From assembly GCF_002571385.2 (NCBI RefSeq), contig NW_019217860.1, forward strand, positions 700,856 through 764,855: 64,000 bases of DNA, given 5' to 3'. The notes under the pieces were generated by a model. That model made no database searches, was not told where the DNA came from, and was given only the letters and a program-made list of their open reading frames with translations. Origin of the DNA: Stylophora pistillata. Lineage: Eukaryota. A program made the position numbers and the translations under genes. Below, piece by piece: positions 1 through 12,207 of the stretch; within the stretch, counting starts at the first letter, position 1, and every line of letters begins with the position of its first letter.

Positions 1-240
1 CACGGGAGAGAGAAATGTACCACTTTTTCTAATATTAAATGTAACTTCTGATGAGAAAATGACTTTTGTTCCGGTTATCAGTCGACTTTTGCAAAGTTTG
101 ATAGTCATTGCTAAAGAACTGATTTGTATACCTGTAGTAGTTGCATCGCAATCCAGAGCAAAACAATTTAAAATTATTTCATAATAGCATAAACGTAACT
201 TTCAAAGTAGTATTTTGGAAATACGCGAATGAATTTCTTG
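1..240 (+). repeat. Inverted copy of the TPR-CHAT 3' flank
   Basis: The window start (cacgggagagagaaatgtacc...attatttcataatag...gtattttggaaatacgcgaatgaattt) matches the reverse complement of about 2100-2335, which lies just downstream of the copy-1 stop codon. Confidence 0.8.
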
Positions 241-316
241 ACGAAATCGTTCCATTCAGAAAAAAACGGATCGAGAAACGACCCTAGGAAAGCGAATTGA
301 ACATAAGGAAAGGAAT

Positions 317-1148
317 CTATCATTCAGCGAACACATAAGTGCCATCTATAAGAAAACAAGCCCGAAAGTAGGAGTGCTAATGAGGCTAAGCAACCTTATT
401 CCCTACTCAGCCAAACTTCAACTCTACAAATCTGCTATTTTACCGCATCTGACGTTTTGTGACATTGTGTGGCATTTCTGAAAAACTGCCGATAGACGTA
501 AGCTCGAACGTATTCGAGAACGAGCACTGTGAGCAATTTTTAAATCTAAGGTGGACACGTACAGTACTTTATTAAACAGAGCCTCCCTATCAACTCTATA
601 TGAAAGGAGATTACAAAGCATAGCTACACTCATGTTTAAAGTTAAAACGGATTAATGCCACTCTATATTACAGAAATATTCCAGTCTACCTATAAAGGCT
701 ATGAGCTTAGGAACGCTGATTTTAATGTCCCGAGGGTCAGAACGTCCCGTTACGGCAAACACTCACTTCGTTGCTTCGGACCGTACTTATGGAGGAAGTT
801 AATCGTCAGTGATCGGGAGAAACCATCTTTCAACGATTTTAGACAAAGCATAAAGAAACGAAACCTGGCCGAATTGTTAAAAGACACCTGCGTGGACTGT
901 GAAATCTGCTCTTAAAATAAGATTTTATCATTCTGTATAATTTTTAGCGATCTAAAAGTATTATTGGTATGTAAATAAGGCTCCAGTTTTATATCTGAAA
1001 TTTTACTCTAAATGTGTAAATAACTAATAAATTTATCTTTAAACTTCTGTAGGTTAAGTAATTAAGTAGTGTCCCCAATTAGTTTTTACACCTGTAAAGC
1101 TAAATACATTGACACTTGAATAAAGTTTTCATTCATTCATTCATTCAT
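317..1148 (+). mobile_element. 5'-truncated non-LTR retrotransposon (CR1/L2-group RT C-terminus), decayed, with (ATTC)n tail
   Basis: Translates as LSFSEHISAI...LYKSAILPHLTFCDIVWHF*...RKLERIRERAL*... and continues into ORF 655-915. It ends AATAAA...(ATTC)n. The empty site ggaat|ttcttgttcg is present in the paralogous flank near 8375. Confidence 0.85.
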
Positions 1149-2371
1149 TTCTTGTTCGAAAGCAGACATCAAGAAATGAAATTTTCTGGTGGAAAAATAG
1201 AACATGAAAAAATTCTGCAAATGCAGAATGAAGAGAATAGTCTAGATGAGAGAGTAGGTGAAAGCTTTTTTCATTGTTGACAGTTCTATAAGATGAATAT
1301 CAACTGGCTCTCTATGAAACAAAGACACGTGTGCTCGTTAATAGAGTGACCGGAAGTTAAATATTTTTAGAACTTCCGCTAACGATGACTAAAACGCGGC
1401 CCTTTCAATCAGACTAAAGCAATTAATTGGAATGAGTCATTGATTTCAATCGAAAAAAGAAAGGTTATTTGTTAGGAGAAGCTCGAGGGAGACCGTGGTA
1501 ACGCACTTCTTTCTTTGTTCACATGATTTACTCGTTCTGTGCAAATGATAGTCCATGATGCAGTCTGTTTTCATGTCGTAAAGGTCACGTGTCTATGATA
1601 TTGGAACTGTCGCGGAACATAACCAAGGAATGATATTTGAACGAAATAAAATACCAATGCCACTCCATTAGAAACCCAACGCTTGCAACGACCCCTAGTC
1701 TTACTCTCCCGTAAAATTGTACATGGATATTTTATACAAATTTTATATAAATGATACAGAGCCAGTGTTCATTTCTTGACTTGGCAGAAAGGATAACCGA
1801 GCAAAGAAGAACGCTTTGCAGAAAAAAAAATACGCGCAGTTAGGCCAATCAGAGCCACCCAACTGAAGTTCTTGCGCAATTACATTTCTTAAAAACAAAA
1901 CAGACGGTGAGATTTCGACTTAGCTTTTATTTCTTCTTCCTCGTTTTCTTATAAATGAAAAGAAAGGACAATGCTTTTTTTCTGAGGTTTACAAAAACTT
2001 AAATTTATTACAGGATTAATGCATAATTTGCTTATAAAGCCGTAGCTCTTGGGACTCTACAATAGAGCAATTTCATCAAAATATTGTTTACATGAAAGAC
2101 AGTAAATTCCTTCCCGTATTTCCAAAATACTTCTTTAAAAGGTAAGTCCGATCCTATTATGAAATAATCTCAACCTGCTTTGTACGGTATAATTAAATCA
2201 TTATCCAAAACAGTTCTTTGGCAATGTCTATGCTACATTAGAAAACTCGGCTAAAAAGTAAAACAAAAGTTGACAGATCATTAGAAAGTACTACGTAATA
2301 TTGAAAAAGGAATTGATACATTTCCCTCTCCTGTGTTCTCGTCTTGCTGCACCTGGCTTGAAAAAAGGTTC
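1149..2371. repeat. Duplicated ~1.2 kb 3' flank of TPR-CHAT genes, copy A
   Basis: Collinear and highly similar to 8376-9680 and 13175-14356. Confidence 0.9.
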
Positions 2372-4876
2372 TCACAGGTCCAGATTGACGTCATCTCCAA
2401 TCAGAACAAATGGTGCCCATTCTCTCACAGTGTACCTCGCCGACTTAGATTCTCTCATCCACTTCATGGTCTGGTGAAGAGCTTCACTGGCACTCATTTT
2501 ATCACACTTCAGATGTCCGTAGAAACGAATCATGAACTCCTTTGTAGCTTTGTCATCCACGGCCCATAGCGAAACAAGCACTGAACGAGCTCCAGAAGCA
2601 ATGAAAGCTCGAGCGATCCCAATAACTCCCTCGGCTTTCATGATCTTTCCTTTAGCACTGTGACAACAGCTGAGTACAACCAGTTTGGCCCTGATCCGAA
2701 CATTGGCGATGTCTTCCATGCTCAGCATATAGTCCTCCTTACTTGGCTCTTGAGGGGAGGATGGGTTGGGTGCACAAGCGATCTCTCCTCTTTCAGCATC
2801 ACCATGGGCGGCGATGTGTATCAGACACACATCAGTTATTCGCCACAGCACCTCTTCCTTCGTGGCTTGCTCACCCAACAAAGGCTCCACCTCTAGAAGA
2901 TCAGCGATTTCTTTAGCCTCCTGCCTCGCTGCTTTCAATTGCTCTAGTGGCGTGATATGACTGACTTGTGGATCACCAACAATCAGCGCTCCAGTTTGGC
3001 TGTGATAATCTGGTGGAGAGTCAAGGATAAGCTTAAGTGCTGTCAACGAGGGAATGATGCGGATTTTGCAAGTATCAGACACGTAATTTCCAGAATCATC
3101 TTGCAGCGCCGCAAAGGGAACCATGAACAGGCTTGGTTCGGGGACGAGCAAAACCTCTCGGTTTTCGATACGATCTGCAATTGGGGCAATCAATATTTCG
3201 TGTACATGATTCTCAATATCTGCCGAGTTTTCATCGTCCAACTCAATGAGGCGTTTCACCGTTTTAGTTGTGTAGTCCTCGCCGTCTTTATTCTCAGACT
3301 TGAGGTCGCAGTCGTACAATGCTGATAACGAACGGTCTTCACACTCAGTTTCTCGTTCATTGACAAAGGATTTGATATCATCGCGTGGTTTAGCTTCCAG
3401 AAGATCAAGCAGTGTTTTTGGTGACTTTAATTGCTCCAGCTTTCCATTGTTATCACCTGATAGGAGCCAATAATTAAATTCGATAAAAAAAAGAGCTATG
3501 AATACTAAAATTTGTTTCTTCTGCAGTCTTTCCACTAAACCGACTAAAGTTTCCTCATTAACAGGTGTGGTGCATCCTTCAATTGAATATCTCTTTGTTA
3601 GCAATTCTCTCAGGACACGCGCACGGCCTTGTTCTGCAGCAATCAAAGAATCGAGGTCTCTGCCAAGATCAAGAAGTAAACAAGAATGCGCATGATACAC
3701 AGAGAGGAGGAAATTTCCTTTCTTACTTCCTAGATACATTTTGTGCTCATCACTTAGGGGCTCCAGTTCACTTTCAAATTGTTCTATGCTTTCTGATGAA
3801 ATATCGTATGCTTGTTCTACAAATCCTTCTGCAACATAACCATTAGCTGCACGCATTAGAGCCAACGACCTAGGAATCCTTCTAAATCCTGTTTTCCTAA
3901 TTGATTTAGTCGCTCGCTCTCTGTATTCCGTTGCCTTGTCACACTGGCCGAGAGCAAGGTGTACATCAGTCAGCCAAATACAGGCTTGCTCATAGACTTC
4001 TCTTTCTCCTGACGAATAACTTAGTTCAGCGGCTTTTTCTAGGTAGGGAAGTGCTTCGTCATACCGTAGAGAGTGTGCAAGAAATCCGCCTAAATTAAAA
4101 CATGTACGGCCTTCGTTCTTTCTATCATTCGCTTGTCTACTGATTTGAAGAGATTTTTTCATATACTGGAAAAACTTATCCTCTTCCCCAGCTCTTTCAA
4201 AAGCCATTCCCATAAGATTCAATACTGTTGCTCTTCCAAAAGCGTCATCAATCTCTTCGAAAATTTTGAGTGATTTTTCTAAAGTGAGAAACTCTTTCTC
4301 GATCTTCCAAAGGCAACCAAACACTTTACTAATGTCGGTTAGAGCTACAGCCTCCATTTTTTTGTCTCCTTTGTCTCGGCTCAGACGGATTGATTCTAGA
4401 TAGCAATCGCGTGCTTCTTCGTACTGTTCTAGGTCATGATATACTTTTCCAAGGCACCAGAAAGTTTTCGCTTGTTCTCGATATCCAATCGCTTCATTTA
4501 TCTGAAGTGCTCTTTTAAAATGTTTGATTGACTTGTCGAATCGGCCAAGACCTTGGTACAAATAGCCAATACTGAAGGAGAACTTCCATAAGCAGCTTTC
4601 GTCGTTGAGCTCTTCGCTTACTCTAAGACCAAGTTTGAAAGTCGATTTTGCTTCATTAATGGAACCAAGGCTGAAGTACGCAGGACCAAGGGCAAGGTAC
4701 ACAAACATTCTGAGGGCGTCCCTTTTTGATGACGGTTCGTTTTCGACATGGTCTGCCAGAGTCAGCAACTCTTTGTAAAGTTGTATGGCAAAATAGGGAC
4801 GGTTGGTCTTTAAAAAGAAATCCGCTACATCGGAAGCAATGTCCACAATCAGATTGAACAAAATCTTGACCATCAT
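2372..4876 (-). CDS. TPR-repeat + CHAT caspase-like protease (TTC28-like architecture), 834 aa, single coding exon, intact
   Basis: N-terminal TPRs (e.g. LGKVYHDLEQYEEARDCY), AEQGRAR motif, and CHAT motifs IHIAAHG (His), LVVLSCCHS (Cys), GARSVLVSLWAVDD and WAPFVLIG. Confidence 0.92.
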   Translation of the reverse strand: MMVKILFNLIVDIASDVADFFLKTNRPYFAIQLYKELLTLADHVENEPSSKRDALRMFVYLALGPAYFSLGSINEAKSTFKLGLRVSEELNDESCLWKFSFSIGYLYQGLGRFDKSIKHFKRALQINEAIGYREQAKTFWCLGKVYHDLEQYEEARDCYLESIRLSRDKGDKKMEAVALTDISKVFGCLWKIEKEFLTLEKSLKIFEEIDDAFGRATVLNLMGMAFERAGEEDKFFQYMKKSLQISRQANDRKNEGRTCFNLGGFLAHSLRYDEALPYLEKAAELSYSSGEREVYEQACIWLTDVHLALGQCDKATEYRERATKSIRKTGFRRIPRSLALMRAANGYVAEGFVEQAYDISSESIEQFESELEPLSDEHKMYLGSKKGNFLLSVYHAHSCLLLDLGRDLDSLIAAEQGRARVLRELLTKRYSIEGCTTPVNEETLVGLVERLQKKQILVFIALFFIEFNYWLLSGDNNGKLEQLKSPKTLLDLLEAKPRDDIKSFVNERETECEDRSLSALYDCDLKSENKDGEDYTTKTVKRLIELDDENSADIENHVHEILIAPIADRIENREVLLVPEPSLFMVPFAALQDDSGNYVSDTCKIRIIPSLTALKLILDSPPDYHSQTGALIVGDPQVSHITPLEQLKAARQEAKEIADLLEVEPLLGEQATKEEVLWRITDVCLIHIAAHGDAERGEIACAPNPSSPQEPSKEDYMLSMEDIANVRIRAKLVVLSCCHSAKGKIMKAEGVIGIARAFIASGARSVLVSLWAVDDKATKEFMIRFYGHLKCDKMSASEALHQTMKWMRESKSARYTVREWAPFVLIGDDVNLDL

Positions 4877-5038
4877 TTAGCATGGATTCTGCATTGGCAA
4901 AAAAATTACCGTTGATACTGCTACGGAGTGTCAAATGGTTAGGATAAGCGCCATAAATTTGACAAGTTAACAATGTTCTCTGCAGTCTGTAACGATGTCA
5001 CTTGGATAGCCGCGCAATAAACTAGAAGTCGCCGATAT

Positions 5039-5116
5039 TGTTATCTTCGATGAGCGCATGTCGATGAGCACATGTTATCTTCGATGAGCACATGTTATCT
5101 TCGATGAGCACATGTC
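5039..5116. repeat. 20-bp tandem repeat (tgttatcttcgatgagcaca), about 3.5 units
   Basis: Directly visible, about 160 bp upstream of the copy-1 start codon. Confidence 0.85.
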
Positions 5117-5370
5117 ATTAGATAAGCATGTCACCAGTACCTGCAAAGCCTGTTTCTTCCACCTTAGAAACATTAGCAAGATAAGGGACTGCCTATCTCT
5201 AGCAGATACTGTCAAATAAGAACGAAAACCCGCAACAAAGGTTATCCTCGTCGTTCCTTTACTGCACAAGAGAAGAAGGATTCTTATCTCCTTTCCTGCT
5301 AATGTTTAAAACACGTTTTGTCCCCAGACATATTTTTCTTCAACAAAATGCCATCTGAGATACAATGAAT

Positions 5371-5607
5371 AAATGAAGTTCATATATATATGCACTTCAT
5401 ATATTCATTGTATCTCACGAATTGTTTCTTTCACGAATCAACTTAACGGCCTGCTCCCAGTTGACTTGTTAGCTCAATTGGTAGAGCGTTGCACTAGTAT
5501 CGCAGAGGTCAGTGGTTCGAGCCCGTACAGGCCTGATTTTTTTTCAGGTCTGATTTTCGCTATTGCATAAATAGCGCTATATACTGCGAGGATCGTGCAT
5601 CATACGT
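5371..5607 (+). mobile_element. tRNA-derived SINE-like repeat
   Basis: tRNA-like head (tagctcaattggtagagc...ggttcgagccc) embedded in a longer body that is shared with the copies at 40511-40818. Confidence 0.75.
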
Positions 5608-7101
5608 AAAATGCCATCTGATCACGAACGACCTATTCAATGACAAAATTGAAACCATTCTCTTTGCGTTATCAAAATCGTAACCCGGAACATTTATCCC
5701 AGCGAACATTACAAAATACTATAAAAAGATTGAGATGAAGAAAAACTTGACCAGAGAGCCAAATCAAATGAATCAAAGAAGCGTCATACACGGTACTTCC
5801 TTGAACATTAACCCAAGATAATCGTGTTGAATGACCAATCGTAATCGCGGTATGCGTCTGTTTACTTCTCTTCACTTAAGAGAAGACCGTATACAGTAGT
5901 TACTGGCTGAGGGCTTTAACGTCAGTAGAAGAGGAACTTCGTGCCTTGCGCGGATATCATCGCTTTTCAAACGTGCCTTGAACTGAAAGGTCAGTCGCTT
6001 GTCGACCATTGTCGTGGAGAGGATTTCGACAGCTTCGTAATTAAATGTATCATCGGTCGACCAGGAAAATCGAGTCGCACTGCAATCGTGCAGTTAACAT
6101 AACATAACACAACGGAAGGTAATATTGCAAAAATTAAAACCCGTGGGAGAAACATGAAGAGTACGGATTTTCACATGACATCTTCAAATTCGAAAATTTG
6201 GAAATTTATAGCCACGAAAATTTATATCCTCATCAGGCATAAGGGGGTCTAAATTCGTATCTATTTCCAAAATTTTCAGCTCAATGGCATGCTTGGTTTG
6301 GAAAGCAGCGCAGTTTAAAGTTCAGAGTTATGGTGGTTGCGTGACTTGCAGCTCTAATCGCGTTTGTCGAAAAATATAGTCCTATCTGCTGATTTTTAGT
6401 CTTTTTATGAAATTATGTGTTAGAAAAAGTATTTTTGTACATATTTGTTGGTTTAGTTTAGATAATCACAGGGCTAGTTGGCCAAAGTTGGTTCCAGATG
6501 TTTTGCACTATTTCCGGCTGCCATGTTGGTTGACCAAAGATATCCACCAACACGGCGGCTGCATGCTGGGCTCTGTAAACTTGCGCTTAAATTTGGGAAA
6601 ACAAAGAGACCTAAAACTTGGAGAAGTGCTTCCTTAACCTATATCCTTTAATATTGCAATTTCTGAACTTTATCCACTGAATTTCTTTTTCTCGATGCGT
6701 AATAGTGGAAACGATTAGTTCGTACGCATTTTTTCCGGTGTCTTTCGTGGACTGATCTTACAACTAAATTTAAACGTTTCACACCGATGAAAGCAACATG
6801 ATTTTAAAACGATTGAGAGGTAAATGTTTAGAAATTGCGAAAACAAAATAACTTGGGAAGCAGCACAGAAATTTTATCCGACGCTTTAATCACAAAAGCA
6901 CTTCCGCTTTCACTCCTGCTTTCTGACCTAAGCTTGATTATTACCCTACAATATATCCCTTTAAAGCAAAAGTAATCACATACAAATTTCTCGATTGAAT
7001 CAATCTAGAATCTGTCTTTGCTACTCATGCCATTTCCATATTTTTCTTATTCATCCAGTGACAAATCTGAAATCGAAACATTTGTCTCGAAGGTGTTGAC
7101 G

Positions 7102-8172
7102 CACCCGATTCGCCTTTAATCTACCGCTTATAACCGAATCTAATTATTCTCAAATTACCGCATACATGCTGATAAAGTAGGCCCTATTTACCTACCGAGA
7201 TTAGATTACCGAGAACAAAACAAAGGCCAAAACAAAAGAAAACAAAGGAAAACAAAACAAAGGAAATGATTTCAGAATGTTTTTCTGTTCTTCAGTAATC
7301 TTCACGCGTGGAATTTTATCCATGATCTCTTTTTACCAGATGTAAAAGCGATGAATTTTCCTCTTTCGCTTGAACCTTGCCACATGTCAAGTGCGACTGC
7401 GATACCGAAGCTAAGCTACAAATCCAGCACCTTACCAGGCCTTTTTTTTGTTCTCGGTAATCTAATCTCGGTAGGTAAATAGGNNNNNNNNNNNNNNNNN
7501 NNNNNNNNNNNNNNNNNNNNNNNNNNNNNNNNNNNNNNNNNNNNNNNNNNNNNNNNNNNNNNNNNNNNNNNNNNNNNNNNNNNNNNNNNNNNNNNNNNNN
7601 NNNNNNNNNNNNNNNNNNNNNNNNNNNNNNNNNNNNNNNNNNNNNNNNNNNNNNNNNNNNNNNNNNNNNNNNNNNNNNNNNNNNNNNNNNNNNNNNNNNN
7701 NNNNNNNNNNNNNNNNNNNNNNNNNNNNNNNNNNNNNNNNNNNNNNNNNNNNNNNNNNNNNNNNNNNNNNNNNNNNNNNNNNNNNNNNNNNNNNNNNNNN
7801 NNNNNNNNNNNNNNNNNNNNNNNNNNNNNNNNNNNNNNNNNNNNNNNNNNNNNNNNNNNNNNNNNNNNNNNNNNNNNNNNNNNNNNNNNNNNNNNNNNNN
7901 NNNNNNNNNNNNNNNNNNNNNNNNNNNNNNNNNNNNNNNNNNNNNNNNNNNNNNNNNNNNNNTTTTGTTTTGGCCTTTGTTTTGTTCTCGGTAATCTAAT
8001 CTCGGTAGGTAAATAGGGCCTACTTTATCAGCATGTATGCGGTAATTTGAGAATAATTAGATTCGGTTATAAGCGGTAGATTAAAGGCGAATCGGGTGTA
8101 TCAGCATGTATGCGGTAATTTGAGAATAATTAGATTCGGTTATAAGCGGTAGATTAAAGGCGAATCGGGTGC
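7102..8172. mobile_element. Element with long inverted termini spanning the assembly gap (MITE/foldback, or misassembly)
   Basis: 7102-7236 (gcacccgattcgcc...) is reverse-complemented at 7963-8098, with a further partial copy at 8100-8172. The homologous flank near 19248 lacks the element. Confidence 0.6.
7484..7962. other. Assembly gap (N run)
   Basis: Run of N bases. Confidence 1.
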
Positions 8173-8319
8173 AAGCACGAGATTAGACTATTACACTAGC
8201 TACATCATATCAGCTCAATAAATTAATCCGCTTGGCAGAAGCACTATGTTTTACAAATCAAGTAATGAAAATTAAGGTACGCATGAGTCATTACATGAAA
8301 TAATAGAGGTGAACTCAAG

Positions 8320-9680
8320 AAAAAACGGATCGAGAAATAACCCTAGGAAAGCGAATTGAGCAGAAGGAAAGGAATTTCTTGTTCGAAAGCAGAAATCAAG
8401 GAATGAAATTTTTTTGTGGAAAAATAGAACATGAAAAAGTTTTGCAAATGCAGAATGAAGAGAATAGTTTAGATGAGAGAGTTGGTGAAAACTTTGTTTA
8501 TGGTGACGATTCTACAAGATGGATATTCTTTGGCTCTCTATCAAACAAAGACACGTGTGCTCGTTAATAGAGTGACCGGAGGTTAGATATTTTTAGAACT
8601 TCCGCTCTACCAACAGAGACGCGCGTGCTGTGAATGAGACCGGTGGAAAACAATGGATGTCGTTAATAGAGTGACCGGAAGTTAAATATTCAGAGAACTT
8701 CCGCTGATAATAACCAAAACGCGGCGATTTCAATCAGACTAAAGCAGTTAATTGGAATGAGTCATTGATTTCAATTGAAAGAAAAGAAAGGCTGTTTCTC
8801 AGGAGAAGCTCGAGGGAGACTGAGGTAACAAGCTTCTTTGTTCACATGATTTACTCCTTCCACGCAAATGATAGTCCGTGCTATCTGTTGTCATGTCATA
8901 AAAGTCACGAGTCTACTGCTATTGAAACTGTTACGGAACATAAACAAGGAAGAATGTTTGAACAAAATCAAACGCCGATGCCATTTCCATTAGAAACCCA
9001 GTGTTTGCAAAGACCCCTTGACTTACTCTCCCGTAAAATTTTATATGGAAAAAAGCATAAATAATACAGAGCCAGGTGTTCTTTTCTTGACTTAGCAGAG
9101 AGGATGAACGAGCAAAGAACTACTCTACAGAAAAAAACTACGCGCAGGTAGGCCAATCAGAGCCTCCCAACTGAAGCTCTACCGCAATTACATTTCTTGA
9201 AAAAAAAAAAAAAAAAAAACAGTAAGATTTTGAACTGGTTTTTATTTCTTCTTCTTTGTTTTCTTATAAATGAAAAGAAAGGACGATGCCTTTTCTGAGG
9301 TTTACAAAAACTTAGATTTCTCACAGCTTTAAGGCATAATTTGCATATAAAGCCGTAACTCTTGGGACTCTTCGATAGAGCAATTTCATCAAAATAAAGC
9401 TTACATAAAAGACAATAAATTCCTTCGCGTATTTCCAAAATACCATTTGAAAAATTAAATTTATCCTATTATGAAATAATCACAACTTGCTTTGCACTGT
9501 ATAACTACATCATTATCCAAAACAGTTCTTTAGCAATGGCTATCGAACATTGCAAAAGTCGACTAATAACTAAAACAAAAATTGGTAAAACATGAGAAAG
9601 TACTACATAATATAAGAAAAAGTGATACATTTCTCTCTCCTGTGTTCTCGCGTTGCTGCTCCTGACTTGAAAAAAGGTTC
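8320..9680. repeat. Duplicated 3' flank of TPR-CHAT genes, copy B
   Basis: Collinear with 261-316 plus 1149-2371, and lacks the LINE insertion. Confidence 0.9.
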
Positions 9681-12207
9681 TCACAAGTTCAGATTGACGT
9701 CGTCTCCAATCAGAACAAATGGTGCCCATTCCCTCACAGTGTACCTCGCCGTCTTAGATTCTCTCATCCACTTCACGGTCTGGTGAAGAGCTTCACTGGC
9801 ACTCATTTTATCACACTTCAGATGTCCGTAGAAACGAACCATGAAATCCTTTGTGGCTTTGTCATCCACGGCCCACAGGGAAACCAGCACTGAACGAGCT
9901 CCGGATGCAATGAAGGCTCGAGCGATCCCCACAACTCCCTCTGCTTGCAAGATCTTTCCTTTAGCACTGTGACAACAGCTGAGTACAACTAGCTTGGCCC
10001 GGATCCGAACATTGGCGATGTCTTTCATGGTTAGCATGTAATCCTCTTTACTTGGCTCTTGAGAAGAGGATCGGTTGGGTGCACAAGCGATCTCTCCTCT
10101 TTCAGCATCACCATGGGCAGCAATGTGTATCAGACACACATCAGTTATTCGTCGCAGCACCTCTTCCTTCGTGGCTTGCTCACCCAACAAAGGCTCCACC
10201 TCAAGAAGATCAGCGATTTCTTTTGCCTCCTGCCTTGCTGCTTTCAATTGCCATAATGGTGTGGCATGACTTACTTGTGGATCACCAACGATCAGCGCTC
10301 CAGTCTGGCAGTGATAATTCTTTGGGGAGTCGAGGATGAGCTTGAGTGTTGACAACGAAGGACTCATTCTAATGCTACACGAGTCAGACAGGTACTTTCC
10401 AGAATTGTCCCGTAATGCGGCAAAGGGAACCATGACCATAGATCCCTCAGGAGCAAGTACAAGCTCTCGGCCTTGAATACGATTAGCAAATGGAGCGATG
10501 AGTGTGTTGTAGAGTTGATTTGGTAAGTTTTGAGCTTCAAGTTCCTCGTCGTCTGAGTCATCAAAGAGACGTTTCTCTCTGACTTTGATATGCTGGGTAC
10601 CATTAGCAGCAGACTGATTTTCGTACAAGGCTGACAAAGAACGGTCTTCACAGTTGATGCTTCGACCACAAGAAAGTGACCTGGAAAAAGCTTTGAGGAG
10701 ACAATCGACTTCAGCTTTTTCTTGAGACATCGCCTCCAAATTTGGGCCCTGTTCATTGGTCATTATCCACAAGATTTTCTTATAGGAACCAGAGCCAAAA
10801 AATAGTAAGATTTGCCTCTTTGCCAAACTACTCATTAGGCTATGGAGGTCAGTTTCACTAAACTTGACCTTTTCTTGAATGCCATATTTCTTTGCCAATA
10901 GTTTTGTCAATACATGGGCACGACCTCGCTCTGCTGTACACAAAGCCTCCGCGAACTTTCCAAGAGCAAACAGCAGAAAGAAACGACTATTGTACATCAG
11001 GATGTTGGCTTCTAATTCCCCAACAGAAAGTTTGGACTCGTTAGACAGAGGTTCAAGACTGTTTTCATAACCTTCGATACTCTCAGCCAGGATGTCGCAT
11101 GCTTGTTCAAAGTACCCGCATCCACTTATATATGCACCAAGGTTCCTAAGGGATGTATGCTTCTTTTCGTGCCAACTTCCCGTTAATATTTTCGTTAAAT
11201 ACTCTTTAGCCTTCTCCAGCTCACCACAGAGTAGGTGTAGACGACACAGTTGGATGTATATTTGGTCCTTGCAGTGTAAGGTGTGGTATCCTGACTTGTC
11301 TTCTCCACAGATGTCAAGACCTTTGTGTAAACACTTCAGGGCTTCGTCAAATTGTTGAAGTTCGATAAGAACAGTACCGAGTCTCATAAAGACTGACCGT
11401 CCTGAGTAAGGCAGTTTTGCACTGAATTGTATCACTTTCTCGTAACATTACTTTTCTTCTTTTTCTTCTTTCTTCTTTTCAGCCCTTTAAAAGTCTCCTA
11501 GAGCTAGGAACACTCCGGCTTTTTTTTCATCATTTCAATTTCTTCGCTAATTTCAAGAGCTTCCTCCAGTTTCCTTAACGCTTTTTTTTTTCTTGCCTGG
11601 TAAAAGCACCTCACGTGCCAGGGCAATTAGGCATTCAACCTCTCTTTCCTTGCAATTACCTTTGCGACTCGTTTGAATTGATTTCTCTAGACACTCTGCT
11701 GCCTCATCCATTTGACCAACCTCAATATGTCTCATAGCAAGCAGATAATAGGCGGTTGCTTCTGTCTCTGTATCACCGGATTTCCTAGTAACTTGTAGCA
11801 TTTCGTTGAGACATTCAGTATTTTGGTCATGTTGGTTAAGGCCGAAAGCCAAAAATACACAAAGCATTTGTTTACATGACTCCTCGGTCTTTTTACAGCC
11901 AGTTTTTCTGCTTTTAGCGAGAGCAAGTTCAGCATGAATCTTTGACTCGTTGTACTTACCCAAATGTAAGTTGATGACAGCGATGGAAAGAAATGCAGAT
12001 ATTGTCCTGTAATTTAATGCCCTCCGTGTTCCAAGATTCATTGAGGCTTTTGATGAGTTAAATTCTTGTTCGATGAGTTCTAACAGCGTCACAAACTCTT
12101 TGTAGAATTTTAAAGCTGCAGGTCGACGTTTGGTGTTTTTTTAAGAAACGTGCCACTGACGTTGTAATCTCCAGAGCTTCCGTATCAGCTACGTATACTT
12201 TTTTCAT
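9681..12207 (-). pseudogene. TPR-CHAT copy 2, frameshifted in the N-terminal TPR region (pseudogene or sequence errors)
   Basis: Start ATG at 12207 (MKKVYVAD). ORF pieces at 11553-12092 and 9681-11435 are broken at poly-A runs (about 12140, 11585 and 11450-11530). The CHAT His/Cys motifs are intact. Confidence 0.8.

Noticed and set aside
48-75. CTGATGAG-stem motif as another hammerhead ribozyme
   Set aside because: There is no GAAA after the stem and no stem I or III.
2372-4876. Bacterial contamination as the source of the TPR-CHAT or Pmp-like genes
   Set aside because: They are interleaved with eukaryotic LINEs and SINEs and contiguous with spliced genes, and the Pmp-like genes have spliced signal exons. 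Ancient horizontal transfer cannot be tested here.
5039-5116. CRISPR-like repeats next to a TPR-CHAT gene
   Set aside because: The repeats are directly adjacent with no unique spacers, there are no cas genes, and the context is eukaryotic.
5463-5534. tRNA-Thr(AGT)-like cloverleaf (also at about 40673-40744)
   Set aside because: The stems are mismatched and the sequence is embedded in a longer repeated body present three times in the window. It is a SINE head rather than a functional tRNA.
8379-9729. Short ORFs in the conserved 3' flank as a partner or substrate gene
   Set aside because: The reading frames are not conserved between the three flank copies (indels and stops) and contain no recognisable domain.
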